Assembly: GCA_033764955.1 (NCBI GenBank)
Contig: JANRIL010000020.1
Span: 32,001 to 96,000, forward strand
Source: Cyanobacteriota bacterium
Lineage (GTDB): Bacteria; Cyanobacteriota; Cyanobacteriia; Thermostichales; Thermostichaceae
DNA length: 64,000 bases
Reading direction: 5' to 3'
The position numbers were made by a program, and so were the translations under genes. The notes beneath the pieces are model-generated. The model saw only the letters and a list, made by a program, of their open reading frames with translations. It was not told the DNA's origin and did not search any database. Positions 1 to 10,253 of the stretch are shown in pieces (the first letter of the stretch is position 1; each line of letters starts with the position of its first letter).

Positions 1-278
1 TCCACCCGAATCGCCTGATAAATTTCTCCTGTGGTAACAAACGGTAACCCCTTGGCTAGTCGCAGCAGATCGCGGCTGGTGGTAAACAGGGTCAACCAGT
101 TGCCGTCTAAAGCATCGGTGGCTGCCGTCGGTATGGGGGTGGGATTGTGGGCTTCTAACCAGGCAACCTGTTGGGTAATGGCCTGCTGTTGGGCATCGCT
201 CACCCGCCGTCCTCGATCCGTGGTGGACAAGAGTTGAACTAAAGCTTGTTTCTGGTCGGCTAGCTCCTGTTGGCTCAT
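1..278 (-). CDS. PAP/fibrillin family protein (N-terminal part, runs off window start)
   Basis: Manual translation from ATG 278: MSQQELADQKQALVQLLSTTDRGRRVS...LEAHNPTP...LDGNWLTLFTTS, matching fibrillin motifs; not in ORF track. Confidence 0.8.
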   Translation of the reverse strand, partial: MSQQELADQKQALVQLLSTTDRGRRVSDAQQQAITQQVAWLEAHNPTPIPTAATDALDGNWLTLFTTSRDLLRLAKGLPFVTTGEIYQAIRV

Positions 279-373
279 CTTGCTCCTTGCTTGCCTGATC
301 CTGAGGATGCCTTCATCCTGCCATGCCAAGGCCAGGTCGCTAAACTCTGGACATTTTCTTGGGTAGTCTGGAA

Positions 374-1282
374 ATGCCCTCCCTCTTTGGGGTCAATCTT
401 GTGCTGCCCTCCCATCCATTTTTGCCAATGCGCGTTCGTACCCTGATAGTTGGGTTCCTAGGGATCCATCTGTTGGCAACACTGCTGGCTCAATTGGGAG
501 CGACAGGGTTGGGGATCCCGCCTCAGGATCCGCTGTTGGTTCACGTCGCCTATTGTCTGACCTTTGGGGGAGTATCGGGCTGGCTGCTGCTGAAAGGCCA
601 ACAGATGGGAATTTCGACCGCTGCCATTTGGGGGGGCTGGCCCCGCCACTATGCCTGGTTGCCCCTCTTTGGCCTCCTAGTGGCACAGTTACTATTTTCC
701 GCCGGATCTACCCTGTTGTGGTTCTACGGATTGTTTCATCTGGCTCCCGATTATCTGACGGATTTGTTAGAGTCGCCTGCCTTTGTGGAACCACCCGCCT
801 CGCAAATGCCCGTTTTGTTTTTGGCATTCCAGATGGTTGCCATTGTGATTGTGGCTCCGATTGCTGAGGAATTTGTCTTTCGCGGCTGGATCTTTCAGCG
901 TTGGGCGGATCAAGCGGGCATTCCCGTTGGCCTATTGGGATCCTCAGTGTTATTTGGTCTGTTGCACCTCAACCCGATTGGTCTGACGGTCTTTGGCCTG
1001 ATCATGACCCTGCTTTATCTGCAAACCCGCAGCCTGATTGTGCCGATTGTGGCTCACATGTTTAACAATGCCCTAGCTTGGACTCTCCAACATCTCTCCA
1101 GTCTCTCCCCTGCAGGATCCGCGCAATCCCCCCTGACCATGAGCGCCGTCGATTGGCAGGTTGGCCTAGCTTATCTGGCTCTGGCTACCCCCATCCTAGT
1201 TTTTTTTATGGTGAAGCAATGGCCGAGTGGCAGCAGTCGGTTGCCCTACTTGCAGAACCTGGATCCTACCCTTAAACAATGA
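374..1282 (+). CDS. CPBP (Abi/CAAX) family intramembrane glutamic endopeptidase
   Basis: EEFVFRG, FGLLH and AHMFNN motifs, multiple TM segments; start uncertain. Confidence 0.85.
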   Translation: MPSLFGVNLVLPSHPFLPMRVRTLIVGFLGIHLLATLLAQLGATGLGIPPQDPLLVHVAYCLTFGGVSGWLLLKGQQMGISTAAIWGGWPRHYAWLPLFGLLVAQLLFSAGSTLLWFYGLFHLAPDYLTDLLESPAFVEPPASQMPVLFLAFQMVAIVIVAPIAEEFVFRGWIFQRWADQAGIPVGLLGSSVLFGLLHLNPIGLTVFGLIMTLLYLQTRSLIVPIVAHMFNNALAWTLQHLSSLSPAGSAQSPLTMSAVDWQVGLAYLALATPILVFFMVKQWPSGSSRLPYLQNLDPTLKQ

Positions 1283-1733
1283 AGCCGCTGGCTTGGCTTT
1301 GTTCCGCTTGCCAACTGCGGGCATCGTAGTAAAGATCCTCCAGGGTAATTTCCTGCAAAACCTGCTGCACTTTTTGGCTAATCCGCTGCCAGACGGAGGT
1401 GGTTACCCAGGCTTCCGCTAGTGCAGTGGTAGGGGGATCCCCTGTGGTTGAGTCGGGGGGATCCAGCACCTCTAGGGTTTCTCCCACCGCCGCCAAAATA
1501 TCAGCCAAGCAGATGCGCTGGGGGGAACGAGCTAGTTGATAGCCACCCTGTGCCCCCCGATAAGCATGGACAAGACCTGCCTGCCGTAACTCAATCAACA
1601 GTTTTTCCAGGTAGGGCGCGGGAATGTTTTGTCGTTCTGCAATGCGCCGCACTGAAACCGGATGCTGGGATCCCGTCAGAGCCAGATCCAAAAGGGCTTT
1701 GATGCTGTAGTGGGCTTTGGTGGTCAGTTTCAC
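1272..1733 (-). CDS. Rrf2 family transcriptional regulator
   Basis: MKLTTKAHYSIKALLDLA...YLEKLLIELRQAGLV..RGAQGGYQL; no Fe-S cysteines. Confidence 0.9.
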   Translation of the reverse strand: MKLTTKAHYSIKALLDLALTGSQHPVSVRRIAERQNIPAPYLEKLLIELRQAGLVHAYRGAQGGYQLARSPQRICLADILAAVGETLEVLDPPDSTTGDPPTTALAEAWVTTSVWQRISQKVQQVLQEITLEDLYYDARSWQAEQSQASGFIV

Positions 1734-1763
1734 AGGCTTAGCCAGGAAAGAATGGGGGGAAAT

Positions 1764-1848
1764 TTTTAACGGCTAGCATGACGGGCGGCAGACAACATCG
1801 AAACCCAGCTAAAATATTCAATCCGTCCGGTGCAAGCGTTTATTAGGC
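1764..1848 (-). mobile_element. Degenerate integron attC site closing the methyltransferase cassette
   Basis: Minus strand GCCTAAT-aaac-GCTTGCACCGGACGG...CTGCCGCCCGTCATGC-tagcc-GTTAAAA, 85 nt; imperfect arms; shares motifs with attC sites at 45270 and 57268. Confidence 0.65.
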
Positions 1849-1940
1849 ATTCACTATAGGTGATTACGTAAGTTATTTCTATTCTCCAACTAGTTAATTA
1901 GGATGGGTTATGATATCAAGCTATTTTAATACCGAACAGC

Positions 1941-3229
1941 CTAAACAGATGAAGCAATCAACTCCCTCTCAGAAACTTCTTTCTCTAGAGAAACAGAGAT
2001 TTCTTCAATATCGTTGAGTAGCCTTACTAAGGCTCTACCCATAGCAAATGCAAGGTTAACAGGAACAGCATTACCAATTTGCTTATATTGAGATGAAAGT
2101 GATCCGGAAAACAACCAACTGTCTGGAAATGTTTGTATTCTTGCATACTCCCTAACAGTTAACGGTCTTGTTTCTCCGGGATGACATCTTTCTGTTTGTT
2201 TCTGAGCAGGGGCGCAAGTCAAGGTTAAGCTTGGTTCATCCCAGGCTAAACGTCGAGCCATACCTGTTTTGCCTCCACTTAGAAAATAACTCTTTTTCAT
2301 ATATTCACGTTGCAACTCTTCAGGTAAATCACGCCAGTATCTCCAGCGGGCACGTAAGCCATTATCTCTGCTTTGCGCTTGGGATACCTTTGACCTTCCG
2401 AGTCAGGTACATCGTGTGGATAAAGCTCACCCGCTTTCAATGCATCTCTCACAGTCATGATACGTTTATAAGGAGAAGGCCATTGAAACACCATATCTTT
2501 TGCCAAGTCTTTACGTATACAAACTAAAAAAAGGCGCTCTCTCTTCTGTGGCACCTGATAGAAAACAGCTTTAAGAACTTTAGGAGGAACTAATTCATAT
2601 CCAAGTTCATAAATGACATTAACAATAGTTTCCAAAGTTTTCCCGTTATCATACTTCAAAAGACCTCTGACATTTTCTGCGACAAAGACTTTAGGCTCAA
2701 TTTCTTTTACAGCTCTTGCAAACTCAAAAAACAAAGTGCCTCGGATATCCTCAAAACCAAGCTTTTTACCAGCATAAGAAAATACTTGGCAGGGAAACCC
2801 ACCAGAAATCAGATCGATTTTCCCTCGATATTCAGAAAAACTTACGCTTGCAATGTCTCCCTCAATAATATTCCAATGAGGGCGATTTCTGCGTAAAGTA
2901 GCACATGAATCATGGTCTATTTCGTTGAGTAAAATCGATGTAAAACCAGCCTTCTCCATGCCAAGCGCAAGCCCACCACAACCGGCAAATAGCTCAATCA
3001 ATCTAAAGTCTCTGATAGGTTTTGAGAGAAGCTCTTTATCCCAAGAACTGTTAAACAAAAGTTGGGCTTCTTCAAAATCTTCCAACTGAGAACGATGATA
3101 TAGACGATAGTTATTGTCGGGGTGACGCAATGGCACAAGCGTTCCTTTACTGTCCCATTTTCTTAAGGTTTCCTTGGAAACACCCAAAATATCAGCAACT
3201 TGTGCAACAGAATAGTATTCGGGGATCAT
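1941..3229 (-). pseudogene. C5 DNA cytosine methyltransferase with N-terminal MerR-type HTH, split by a 1-nt deletion near 2341
   Basis: ELFAGCGG, GGFPCQ, ENVRG, QKRER in ORF 2297-3229; TRD and YKQIGNAVP in ORF 1941-2315; one added base restores GGYWRDLPEELQREYM; AT-rich. Confidence 0.85.
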
Positions 3230-3393
3230 TACTACCTATACTAAACGTTGTTTGTTCAAGCCAATCTAATCGTTGACTGAAAGTGAACCGCTATAGACTC
3301 AACATCATCTTTAGTTAAGCGTGTTCGGCTCTGCTTTAAGTTGATCACGATAGGATGATTGCATCACGAATCTGACAGCCATTTGGATCCCTT

Positions 3394-4338
3394 TTAGTGG
3401 CCTCGCTCATAAGAATAGATATCCCCCACTTGCTTAAATAAACGGGTGGAAAGCTCCGTCAGCGCTTGCTGATCCTGGGGATCCAAAGTCCAGGTAAAGC
3501 TTTGCAGATTGCTCTGGATTTGTTGCCGATCGAGAGTAAATCCTGTAACCAAAGCCTGCACTCCTGCCTGCTGTTTTACCCAATTAAGAGCGATCTGTCC
3601 AATTGTTTTTTGATATTTTTCGGCCAATGGTGCCAGGGCTTCTAGTAACTGCAAAACTCCTCCCCAACCCCCATGCGCTTGAATCATAGCGTTGTAATAA
3701 AATCCACGGGCATGGGCGGATTCGGGATGAGGGGAGCGCACCCCCCGAAACTTGCCGGATAAAAATCCCCCTGCTAGGGAGCCATAGGCAAGCAGGCCAA
3801 TACGATGGTGCAAACAAAGGGCTTGCATCGATTGTTCTACCCGCCGATCAATCAAACTATATTGCACCTGATGGCTGACAATGGGGGCATGTTGCAGGGC
3901 TTTTTCTAGCATGGGAGTGTTGAAATTTGTAACCCCCAGGGTCTTAATCTTGCCCTGCTCTACGAGAGCATTGAGGGTGGCAAAGGTTGAGGAAAAATCA
4001 AGTTGGGCATCCTGCCAATGCACTTGTACCCGATCCAGACAATCCCGTCCCAAATGACGCAGCGAATTTTCAATCTTGTGGCGAATATGACTGGCGGTAG
4101 GGATCCCGCTAAAAAACACCGCCTTTGTCAAAATAGTGCACTCTCTTCCTTTCAAAAGTCGTCCTAATAGTTGCTCACTCCGCCCATAAATATCCGCCGT
4201 ATCAAAACTGTTCACCCCCAAAGCCAGATAGGTGTCGAGGGTGCGACCAATGTCCGATTCGGAAAGCGGCTTCCAACTGCGGTCGTCCAGTTGCCAACAC
4301 CCGACGATCAAAGGGATGAATGGACTGGGTTCACTCAT
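3394..4338 (-). CDS. Aldo/keto reductase
   Basis: FDTADIYG, LGVTNF, QVQYSLIDRR, AYGSLAGG motifs. Confidence 0.9.
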   Translation of the reverse strand: MSEPSPFIPLIVGCWQLDDRSWKPLSESDIGRTLDTYLALGVNSFDTADIYGRSEQLLGRLLKGRECTILTKAVFFSGIPTASHIRHKIENSLRHLGRDCLDRVQVHWQDAQLDFSSTFATLNALVEQGKIKTLGVTNFNTPMLEKALQHAPIVSHQVQYSLIDRRVEQSMQALCLHHRIGLLAYGSLAGGFLSGKFRGVRSPHPESAHARGFYYNAMIQAHGGWGGVLQLLEALAPLAEKYQKTIGQIALNWVKQQAGVQALVTGFTLDRQQIQSNLQSFTWTLDPQDQQALTELSTRLFKQVGDIYSYERGH

Positions 4339-4604
4339 AAATCAACACAAGCAGGTCATCCATAGGGATCCTGGGCTAGCCATTTGGATAAGCGGCTACT
4401 ATCTTAAATACCACATCTCTCTATTTAGATATCTATGTTAAATAGCTAGCTTCCCGGTACACTTAGTCCCCAATAGCTGGTGGGGGGGATGGCCAGCCCT
4501 AGACTCGCCCTGAATGATTGAGATCACTTATCCCCCGCCCCCCCAATCTTCGGTGTGATGGGATCCGTACTATCGGCAGGACATTGTGAAACGTCAGGAG
4601 GTTC

Positions 4605-5270
4605 ATGATGCAGAGATGGCTTTGGCAAATAGGAACCAGTAGTTTGATGGTGCTAACCCTCGGATCGCTTGCCCACGCCCAGGCGATCACCAGCGCTAAG
4701 GTGGTGGATATTCCGCGAGCGCCTGTTTATTGGCGTCAGCCCCCCGCGGCAGAAATCGTGGCAGAAGTAGGAACCCTGGTTACAGAAGGGGGCTATCTGC
4801 GTACCGAAAAACCGGGTAAAGCCCAACTGGAGTTGAGCAATGGCACAGCCTTTCGCCTAGGGGGGGATGCTATTTTGCAGGTTTCCCCCGATTTGCAACT
4901 GAATCAAGGGCAGATCATTGCCTGGACAAAGCCGCATGGATCGGGATCCCCCCCCAGCCAGTCGATCACAACTCCTGTCGCCACTGCCGCCATCAAAGGC
5001 TCGACGGTGTTTATCGAAATGAGTGAGGCGGAGGGGCGCTTCTTTAGTTGGATCGGGGATGTGGAGATTTCTCTACCCGACGGCAAGGGATCCCTCATTC
5101 TCAAAAGCGGGGAAGAGGTGGTGATCCCCTCCAATGCCCAGCAACTGCCCACCCCCCAAAAAATGTCAGCACAGGCTATCCAAGAGCGGCTGACGGAAAG
5201 TGAGATGATCAACGGCTTCAACCGTGAGATGGACTCGTTGCCACAGATCAAGGAAGAACTGCTGCCGTAG
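4605..5270 (+). CDS. Secreted FecR-domain protein
   Basis: Signal peptide (AHA-QA), LRTEKPGKAQLELSNGTAFRLG, ITTPVATAAIKGS. Confidence 0.8.
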   Translation: MMQRWLWQIGTSSLMVLTLGSLAHAQAITSAKVVDIPRAPVYWRQPPAAEIVAEVGTLVTEGGYLRTEKPGKAQLELSNGTAFRLGGDAILQVSPDLQLNQGQIIAWTKPHGSGSPPSQSITTPVATAAIKGSTVFIEMSEAEGRFFSWIGDVEISLPDGKGSLILKSGEEVVIPSNAQQLPTPQKMSAQAIQERLTESEMINGFNREMDSLPQIKEELLP

Positions 5271-5314
5271 CTTAGCCTTGCTCCGTTACGTCCATCCAGT
5301 CAGAAGCAGGGATA

Positions 5315-7282
5315 GTGGTTATGACTTGGCGAATACCGTGGATCATTGGCACTGGCCTGGGCATGGGGGCACTGATGGCTACCCTCAGCCTGCATCCACT
5401 ACTGGGCTATCCGCTCACGCTGATTGAGGAGGTCTTGACCAGTCAGTTCTTTCTCTGGCGGGGCAGCCGGGATCCCCATCCGGATGTGGTGATCTTGGCT
5501 CTGGATGAAGACAGTTTGCGCCTGCGGGATCTGTTTGAACCGGAAGAGTTGCAGGATCAGCCGGAATTACAGGCGATGGCGCGGGGGGTGCCCTGGCCTC
5601 GTCAAGTCTTTGCTAGTGCGGTCCAGAAACTCACCGACGCGGGAGCAAGCAGGATTGGTTTTGATATTTTGTTTGACGAACCCAGCTTTTTTGGGGAGGC
5701 CGATGATCAGGTCTTTGGAGACGCAGTGGCTGCCTTTCCGGGGAAGACGGTTTTTGCCGTAACCGATACTTTCATTTCCAGCACTCTCAGCTCTGGTCTC
5801 TATAACATCCGTGTTGAACCCACCCTGATCGAAGCCCTGCAGCGGGAGCGGGTTGAGCTGGGGTTGGTACATTTTTATCCGGCTAGCCATCAACAACTGT
5901 TGCGGATCCCTGGCCGTCACACTCTGGCTAACCGTACCACCACCGATATTCCCCCCTTTTCCCTAGTGACCACCGGGGATCCCGTGCCGGAACAGGATAT
6001 CGGCATCAACTATGCCGGAACCACCGGCAGCTACCCCACCTATTCCTTTTGGATGCTGTTCGATCCATTTTTTTGGCAGACCAATCTAGAAAATGGGGCG
6101 GTGTTTCGGGGCAAAACGGTGTTGATCGGCAGTACCGCTCTTTTGGCACAGGATCTCTGGCCGACCCCCTTTACCCCACAAATGCCGGGGGTAGAGATTC
6201 ATGCCCATGCCATTGGCACGTTGTTGGGGAGGCAAGGGCTGCGCTCCCTCCCGACCGCTTATCAGCTTGTTTTGGTGGGCATGACAGGTCTGCTGACGGG
6301 TCTGAGCCTGTTTGGGGTCAAACGCCTAGGGATGAAACTGTTACTGGCAACGACAGGGTTGACCCTGGGGATCGGGCTGGGCTACTGGAGTTTTTTGGCC
6401 TTGTGGATCTTACCGATGGGCGGGATCCTAACCAGCATAGGGCTGACGGGGCTGGTGGATATCACCGCTACGGGACTGCGAGAACAGCGGCAACGACAAC
6501 AACTGCGGCGGATTTTGGATCGACGGGTGGCGGCTTCGGTTTTGCAGGAAATTTTGGCTCAACCCCAAGCCTTTGCTGACTCGTTGGGGGGGAGGCGGTG
6601 TCAGGTGGCCGTTTTATTTTCGGATATTCGCTCCTTCACAACCCTCTCTAGCCAAATTTCCCCAGAGACATTGGTGACATTGCTTAACCGCTATTTTGCC
6701 TGCATGGTGGAGCCAATTTTGCAGCAGAAGGGGGTGGTGGACAAATTTATTGGGGATGCGGTAATGGCGGAGTTTGGTTGTCCGATCTTCCGGGATGCTG
6801 CCACGGAAGCCTTGGCCTCGGTGCGGGCGGCCTTACAGATGCGACGATCCCTGTTAGGTCTGCGGGAGCAACTGCGCCAAGAACAACAACCGTTGATTTT
6901 TCATGGGATTGGCATCAATTTTGGGGAGGTGATTGCCGGGAATCTGGGATCCCCAGAAAAAATTGAGTATACGGTGATTGGGGATGCGGTAAATGTGGCC
7001 TCGCGGATTGAGGGTATGACCAAAGATCTGGGGCACGATATTTTGATCTCGCAAGCGGTTTATCAACTGGTGCAGGATCAGATCGAGGCGGTCAACTTAG
7101 GATCTATTTATTTGAAAGGAAAGCCGGATCCGGTGGTGCTGTATGGAGTAATTGACGAAAAAGGGGGATCCGGGCAGACCCATCGGCAAGTGCAACAGGA
7201 CTACCAAGCCTGGTCGCAGAAAATGATTGGGGATCCCGTTCCTCCCTTTCCAGCCGAACCGGTCAAAGGGATCCCTCAATAA
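5315..7282 (+). CDS. CHASE2-domain class III adenylate cyclase
   Basis: PWPRQVFA, GFDILF and MPGVEIHA (CHASE2); 3 TMs; FSDIRSFT, DKFIGDAVM, YTVIGDAVNVASRIE. Confidence 0.9.
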   Translation: MVMTWRIPWIIGTGLGMGALMATLSLHPLLGYPLTLIEEVLTSQFFLWRGSRDPHPDVVILALDEDSLRLRDLFEPEELQDQPELQAMARGVPWPRQVFASAVQKLTDAGASRIGFDILFDEPSFFGEADDQVFGDAVAAFPGKTVFAVTDTFISSTLSSGLYNIRVEPTLIEALQRERVELGLVHFYPASHQQLLRIPGRHTLANRTTTDIPPFSLVTTGDPVPEQDIGINYAGTTGSYPTYSFWMLFDPFFWQTNLENGAVFRGKTVLIGSTALLAQDLWPTPFTPQMPGVEIHAHAIGTLLGRQGLRSLPTAYQLVLVGMTGLLTGLSLFGVKRLGMKLLLATTGLTLGIGLGYWSFLALWILPMGGILTSIGLTGLVDITATGLREQRQRQQLRRILDRRVAASVLQEILAQPQAFADSLGGRRCQVAVLFSDIRSFTTLSSQISPETLVTLLNRYFACMVEPILQQKGVVDKFIGDAVMAEFGCPIFRDAATEALASVRAALQMRRSLLGLREQLRQEQQPLIFHGIGINFGEVIAGNLGSPEKIEYTVIGDAVNVASRIEGMTKDLGHDILISQAVYQLVQDQIEAVNLGSIYLKGKPDPVVLYGVIDEKGGSGQTHRQVQQDYQAWSQKMIGDPVPPFPAEPVKGIPQ

Positions 7283-7313
7283 GCATAAGCTTCCTTCAAG
7301 ATAGGCTTAGGGT

Positions 7314-8270
7314 TTAGGCCGCTTGAGCCTGCTGATCCGCAAAGCTACTTGTTTCTGCACCCACCTCCAAAGGGGGGTAGAGTTTATAAAATTTCTCGAT
7401 GGTTTCCCGAAAGCCCTCCTCTGGAGTTTCCGACCCCTTCAGTACCTCTGACTCATTGAGGGCAATCATTTTCTCCACTTCGTCGAGACTGCTGAGAGCT
7501 TCCTGCTTGAGAAGGCTGAGCAGATCATTGGAACGTACCAATCGCAGCTCATCTTCCGCTTGGCGAAGGGATTGGGTGACAGCTTGCAGTTGGGCTTGCT
7601 GCTGCTGCCAGATGGACTCAGCTTGCTTAGCACGGGCTTCGGCTCGCAGTTGCGCTTGTAGGGCATCATCCCGTTGATTGCTGATCCGCAGGATTTCCGC
7701 TTGGGCTTGTTGCAGTTGGGCTTGCAGGTTGGTTTGTTCGGCTTCACTGCGGCTGAGGGCGGCTTCGGCACGATGGGCACGATTTTCGGCAGCTTGGTGC
7801 AATTGGCGAGATTCCAGCAGTTGCAAACGCAAGACCGCAATTTCATCCTCCAGTTGACCCAACCGTTGCAGTTGCTGGTGGAGCTGGGTGTTTTCCTCTT
7901 CTAGTCGTGCGACAAGTTGCTGGCTGCTTTCCAGGGCGGCTTGAGTCGTGGTGGCTTGAGCCACAAGCTGATCGTAGTTGCTGATCATCTCCCCCAAGCT
8001 ATCGGCTTGGCTGGCCAATTCTGCCTTGAGGGTTTCGATCCGTTGATCGGTGGATTCCAGTTGTTTTCTTAGGCGTTCCGCTTGCTGCACCTGCTCGTGC
8101 AGAGGCTGCATCTGTTTGAACAAATAAATAAATTTTCGTTGCAAATCAGAATGAGAAATATCGAGGCGAGCGTAAGCATCATTGAGGGTTAAATACGCAT
8201 CGCAGAGCTTGGTATAGCGGTTCGCTACAGAATCAGAATGGGTCATGGCGGTGGCGGGTGGGGTTTGCAC
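7314..8270 (-). CDS. Coiled-coil hypothetical protein
   Basis: 318-aa Q/E/A/L-rich heptad pattern; no recognisable domain. Confidence 0.7.
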   Translation of the reverse strand: MQTPPATAMTHSDSVANRYTKLCDAYLTLNDAYARLDISHSDLQRKFIYLFKQMQPLHEQVQQAERLRKQLESTDQRIETLKAELASQADSLGEMISNYDQLVAQATTTQAALESSQQLVARLEEENTQLHQQLQRLGQLEDEIAVLRLQLLESRQLHQAAENRAHRAEAALSRSEAEQTNLQAQLQQAQAEILRISNQRDDALQAQLRAEARAKQAESIWQQQQAQLQAVTQSLRQAEDELRLVRSNDLLSLLKQEALSSLDEVEKMIALNESEVLKGSETPEEGFRETIEKFYKLYPPLEVGAETSSFADQQAQAA

Positions 8271-8580
8271 TTATTCTAGACAAAGCAAGCCAGAATCAAG
8301 CATTGAGAATCGCAAAACTATTAGGGAGAATATGAAGATTTGAGGGGTAGAAAGCCGAAATTCTTCTAAAGAGAAGCTTGCCTAGGCAGATTTAGTGGGG
8401 GGAATCGGGTAAAGCAATCGAGAAAAACTTGTCACCATTTCGTCAGCATCTCATCACAATCTAGAAAAGGTAAAAATAGGGATCCCCAACATTTTGACGG
8501 GGGTTTTAGTTGGGTATAGCGTGATCTAATCTTCAAAAGGTCGATTGACACTACAGGTTGATTTTTGGGCAGGGTGGAGG

Positions 8581-9990
8581 CTAAGGGATGCGCTGGGGGA
8601 GAGGGGCGGCACAGATGCCCTGGGCTTCCAAAAAGGCCGCTACCCGCAACAGGGATCCCTCGCGGTAGGGGGCGGCGATCAGTTGTACCCCCACCGGTAA
8701 GCCCCCTGACTGGCTGGCCGGAACGGGAGCCGAGAGGGCTGGCAGGCCAATAAAGGAGATAGGCTGAGTATAAAGACCTAAATTAGGGCGCGTCAAGACC
8801 TCTTGTCCGTCGATCGGCATGGTCTCTTGCCCAATCAGGGGAGCGGAACAGGGGGTGGTGGGGGTGATGATCACATCCACCTCTTCCCACAACGCCTGCA
8901 CCTGCTGGCGATACCAAGCCCGAAATCGTTGAGCCTGTTGCACCCAGAGAGCAGGGATCAAGGCTCCGGCTAAAAAGCGATCCCGTGTGGCCGGATCGTA
9001 GTCGTGGGGGCGGGTTTTCAGGTCGGCCAGATGCAGGTTGGCTCCTTCGGCGGCAGTAATCACAAAGGCAGCGGCTCTGGCGGTGGCAGCCTGCGGGATC
9101 CTGATAAACTGGCTCACCCCCAAGGCTTGAGCTACTTGAGCCACAGCCGTGAAAACCGCAGGTTCGGCACCACGGGCAAAATAGTCATCCGCCAGCGCGA
9201 TTTTTAAGCCGTCGATCCCTCTCTCCAGTTGGGGCAAGGTGGTGTCACCGGGGCGATCGCTGGCAACGGGATCGCGGCTATCTGTCCCCTGCATAAGATC
9301 AAAGCTGAGAGCCAAATCGCGCACCGATCGAGAAAACGGGCCAATATGGTCAAAACTGCCCGCAAACAAAAAAGCCCCTGCCCGCGACAAGCGGCCATAG
9401 GTCGGTTTGAGTCCCCAGATACCGCAGAGGGAGGCGGGTACGCGGATCGAGCCGTTGGTGTCGGATCCCAACGAAAAGGGCACCAATCCCGCCGCCACCG
9501 CTGCCGCCGATCCGCCGGAGGATCCCCCAGCCACCCGTGCCGGATCATGGGGGTTGCGCGTCGGGCCGTAGTGGCTGTTTTCGGTGACAAACCCATAGGC
9601 AAACTCATCCATATTGAGTGCCCCCAGCAAAATAGCCCCGGCTTGCTTGAGGCGGGTAACGGCGGTGGCATCTTGTCGGGCGGGGGGGGCTGTTTGGCGA
9701 ATTTTAGATCCCGCCAGGGTAGGGATCCCTTCGATATCAAAGAGGTTTTTCACGGCAAAAGGGACTCCTGCCAGGGGGCCAGGGTCTTGACCGCGCCCTA
9801 GTTGCTGGTCAATCTGATCGGCAGTGGCGAGGGCAGAGTCGGCTAGAACGGCTGTGAAGCAGTTGAAGGTGCTGTCCTGCTCGGCAATTTGGCTAAGAGC
9901 CGCCGTCACCACCTGACGGGCGCTAGTTTGACCGGAACGAATGGCGGCGGCAATGGCAATGGCATCGCGGTGATGGGGATGAACGGTCAT
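8581..9990 (-). CDS. AtzE-family amidohydrolase (amidase signature)
   Basis: [40 protein letters not shown]. Confidence 0.9.
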   Translation of the reverse strand: MTVHPHHRDAIAIAAAIRSGQTSARQVVTAALSQIAEQDSTFNCFTAVLADSALATADQIDQQLGRGQDPGPLAGVPFAVKNLFDIEGIPTLAGSKIRQTAPPARQDATAVTRLKQAGAILLGALNMDEFAYGFVTENSHYGPTRNPHDPARVAGGSSGGSAAAVAAGLVPFSLGSDTNGSIRVPASLCGIWGLKPTYGRLSRAGAFLFAGSFDHIGPFSRSVRDLALSFDLMQGTDSRDPVASDRPGDTTLPQLERGIDGLKIALADDYFARGAEPAVFTAVAQVAQALGVSQFIRIPQAATARAAAFVITAAEGANLHLADLKTRPHDYDPATRDRFLAGALIPALWVQQAQRFRAWYRQQVQALWEEVDVIITPTTPCSAPLIGQETMPIDGQEVLTRPNLGLYTQPISFIGLPALSAPVPASQSGGLPVGVQLIAAPYREGSLLRVAAFLEAQGICAAPLPQRIP

Positions 9991-10005
9991 GGCTGGCTCG
10001 CGGAG

Positions 10006-10200
10006 TTAGGGGTGAAAGACGGGTGCCGCTTCGATCTCTGGAGGGAGCGGAAACTCCATCACTAACGCGGCGATCCCCTGGATCCGCTCAAAGTTGGCGA
10101 TCACCCCTGCTCGATATTCGGTATCCAACGGTAGGCCAATCAGCTCGGCCATCTGGTCAACATAGGCCACTAGGGATCCCTCTGCTTCTGCCATCGACAT
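10006..10200 (-). CDS. DUF4089 / AtzG-like small partner of AtzE
   Basis: YVDQMAELIGLPL...AAPVFHP, directly upstream of the amidase. Confidence 0.8.
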   Translation of the reverse strand: MSMAEAEGSLVAYVDQMAELIGLPLDTEYRAGVIANFERIQGIAALVMEFPLPPEIEAAPVFHP

Positions 10201-10253
10201 GCCCCAACGCTCTGGCTATGCTATCACCCTCTTTGCCCGATTCTGCCCACAGC

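Noticed and set aside
2297..2345. Programmed frameshift in the methyltransferase
   Set aside because: No slippery run at the junction; a single-base loss or sequencing error is simpler
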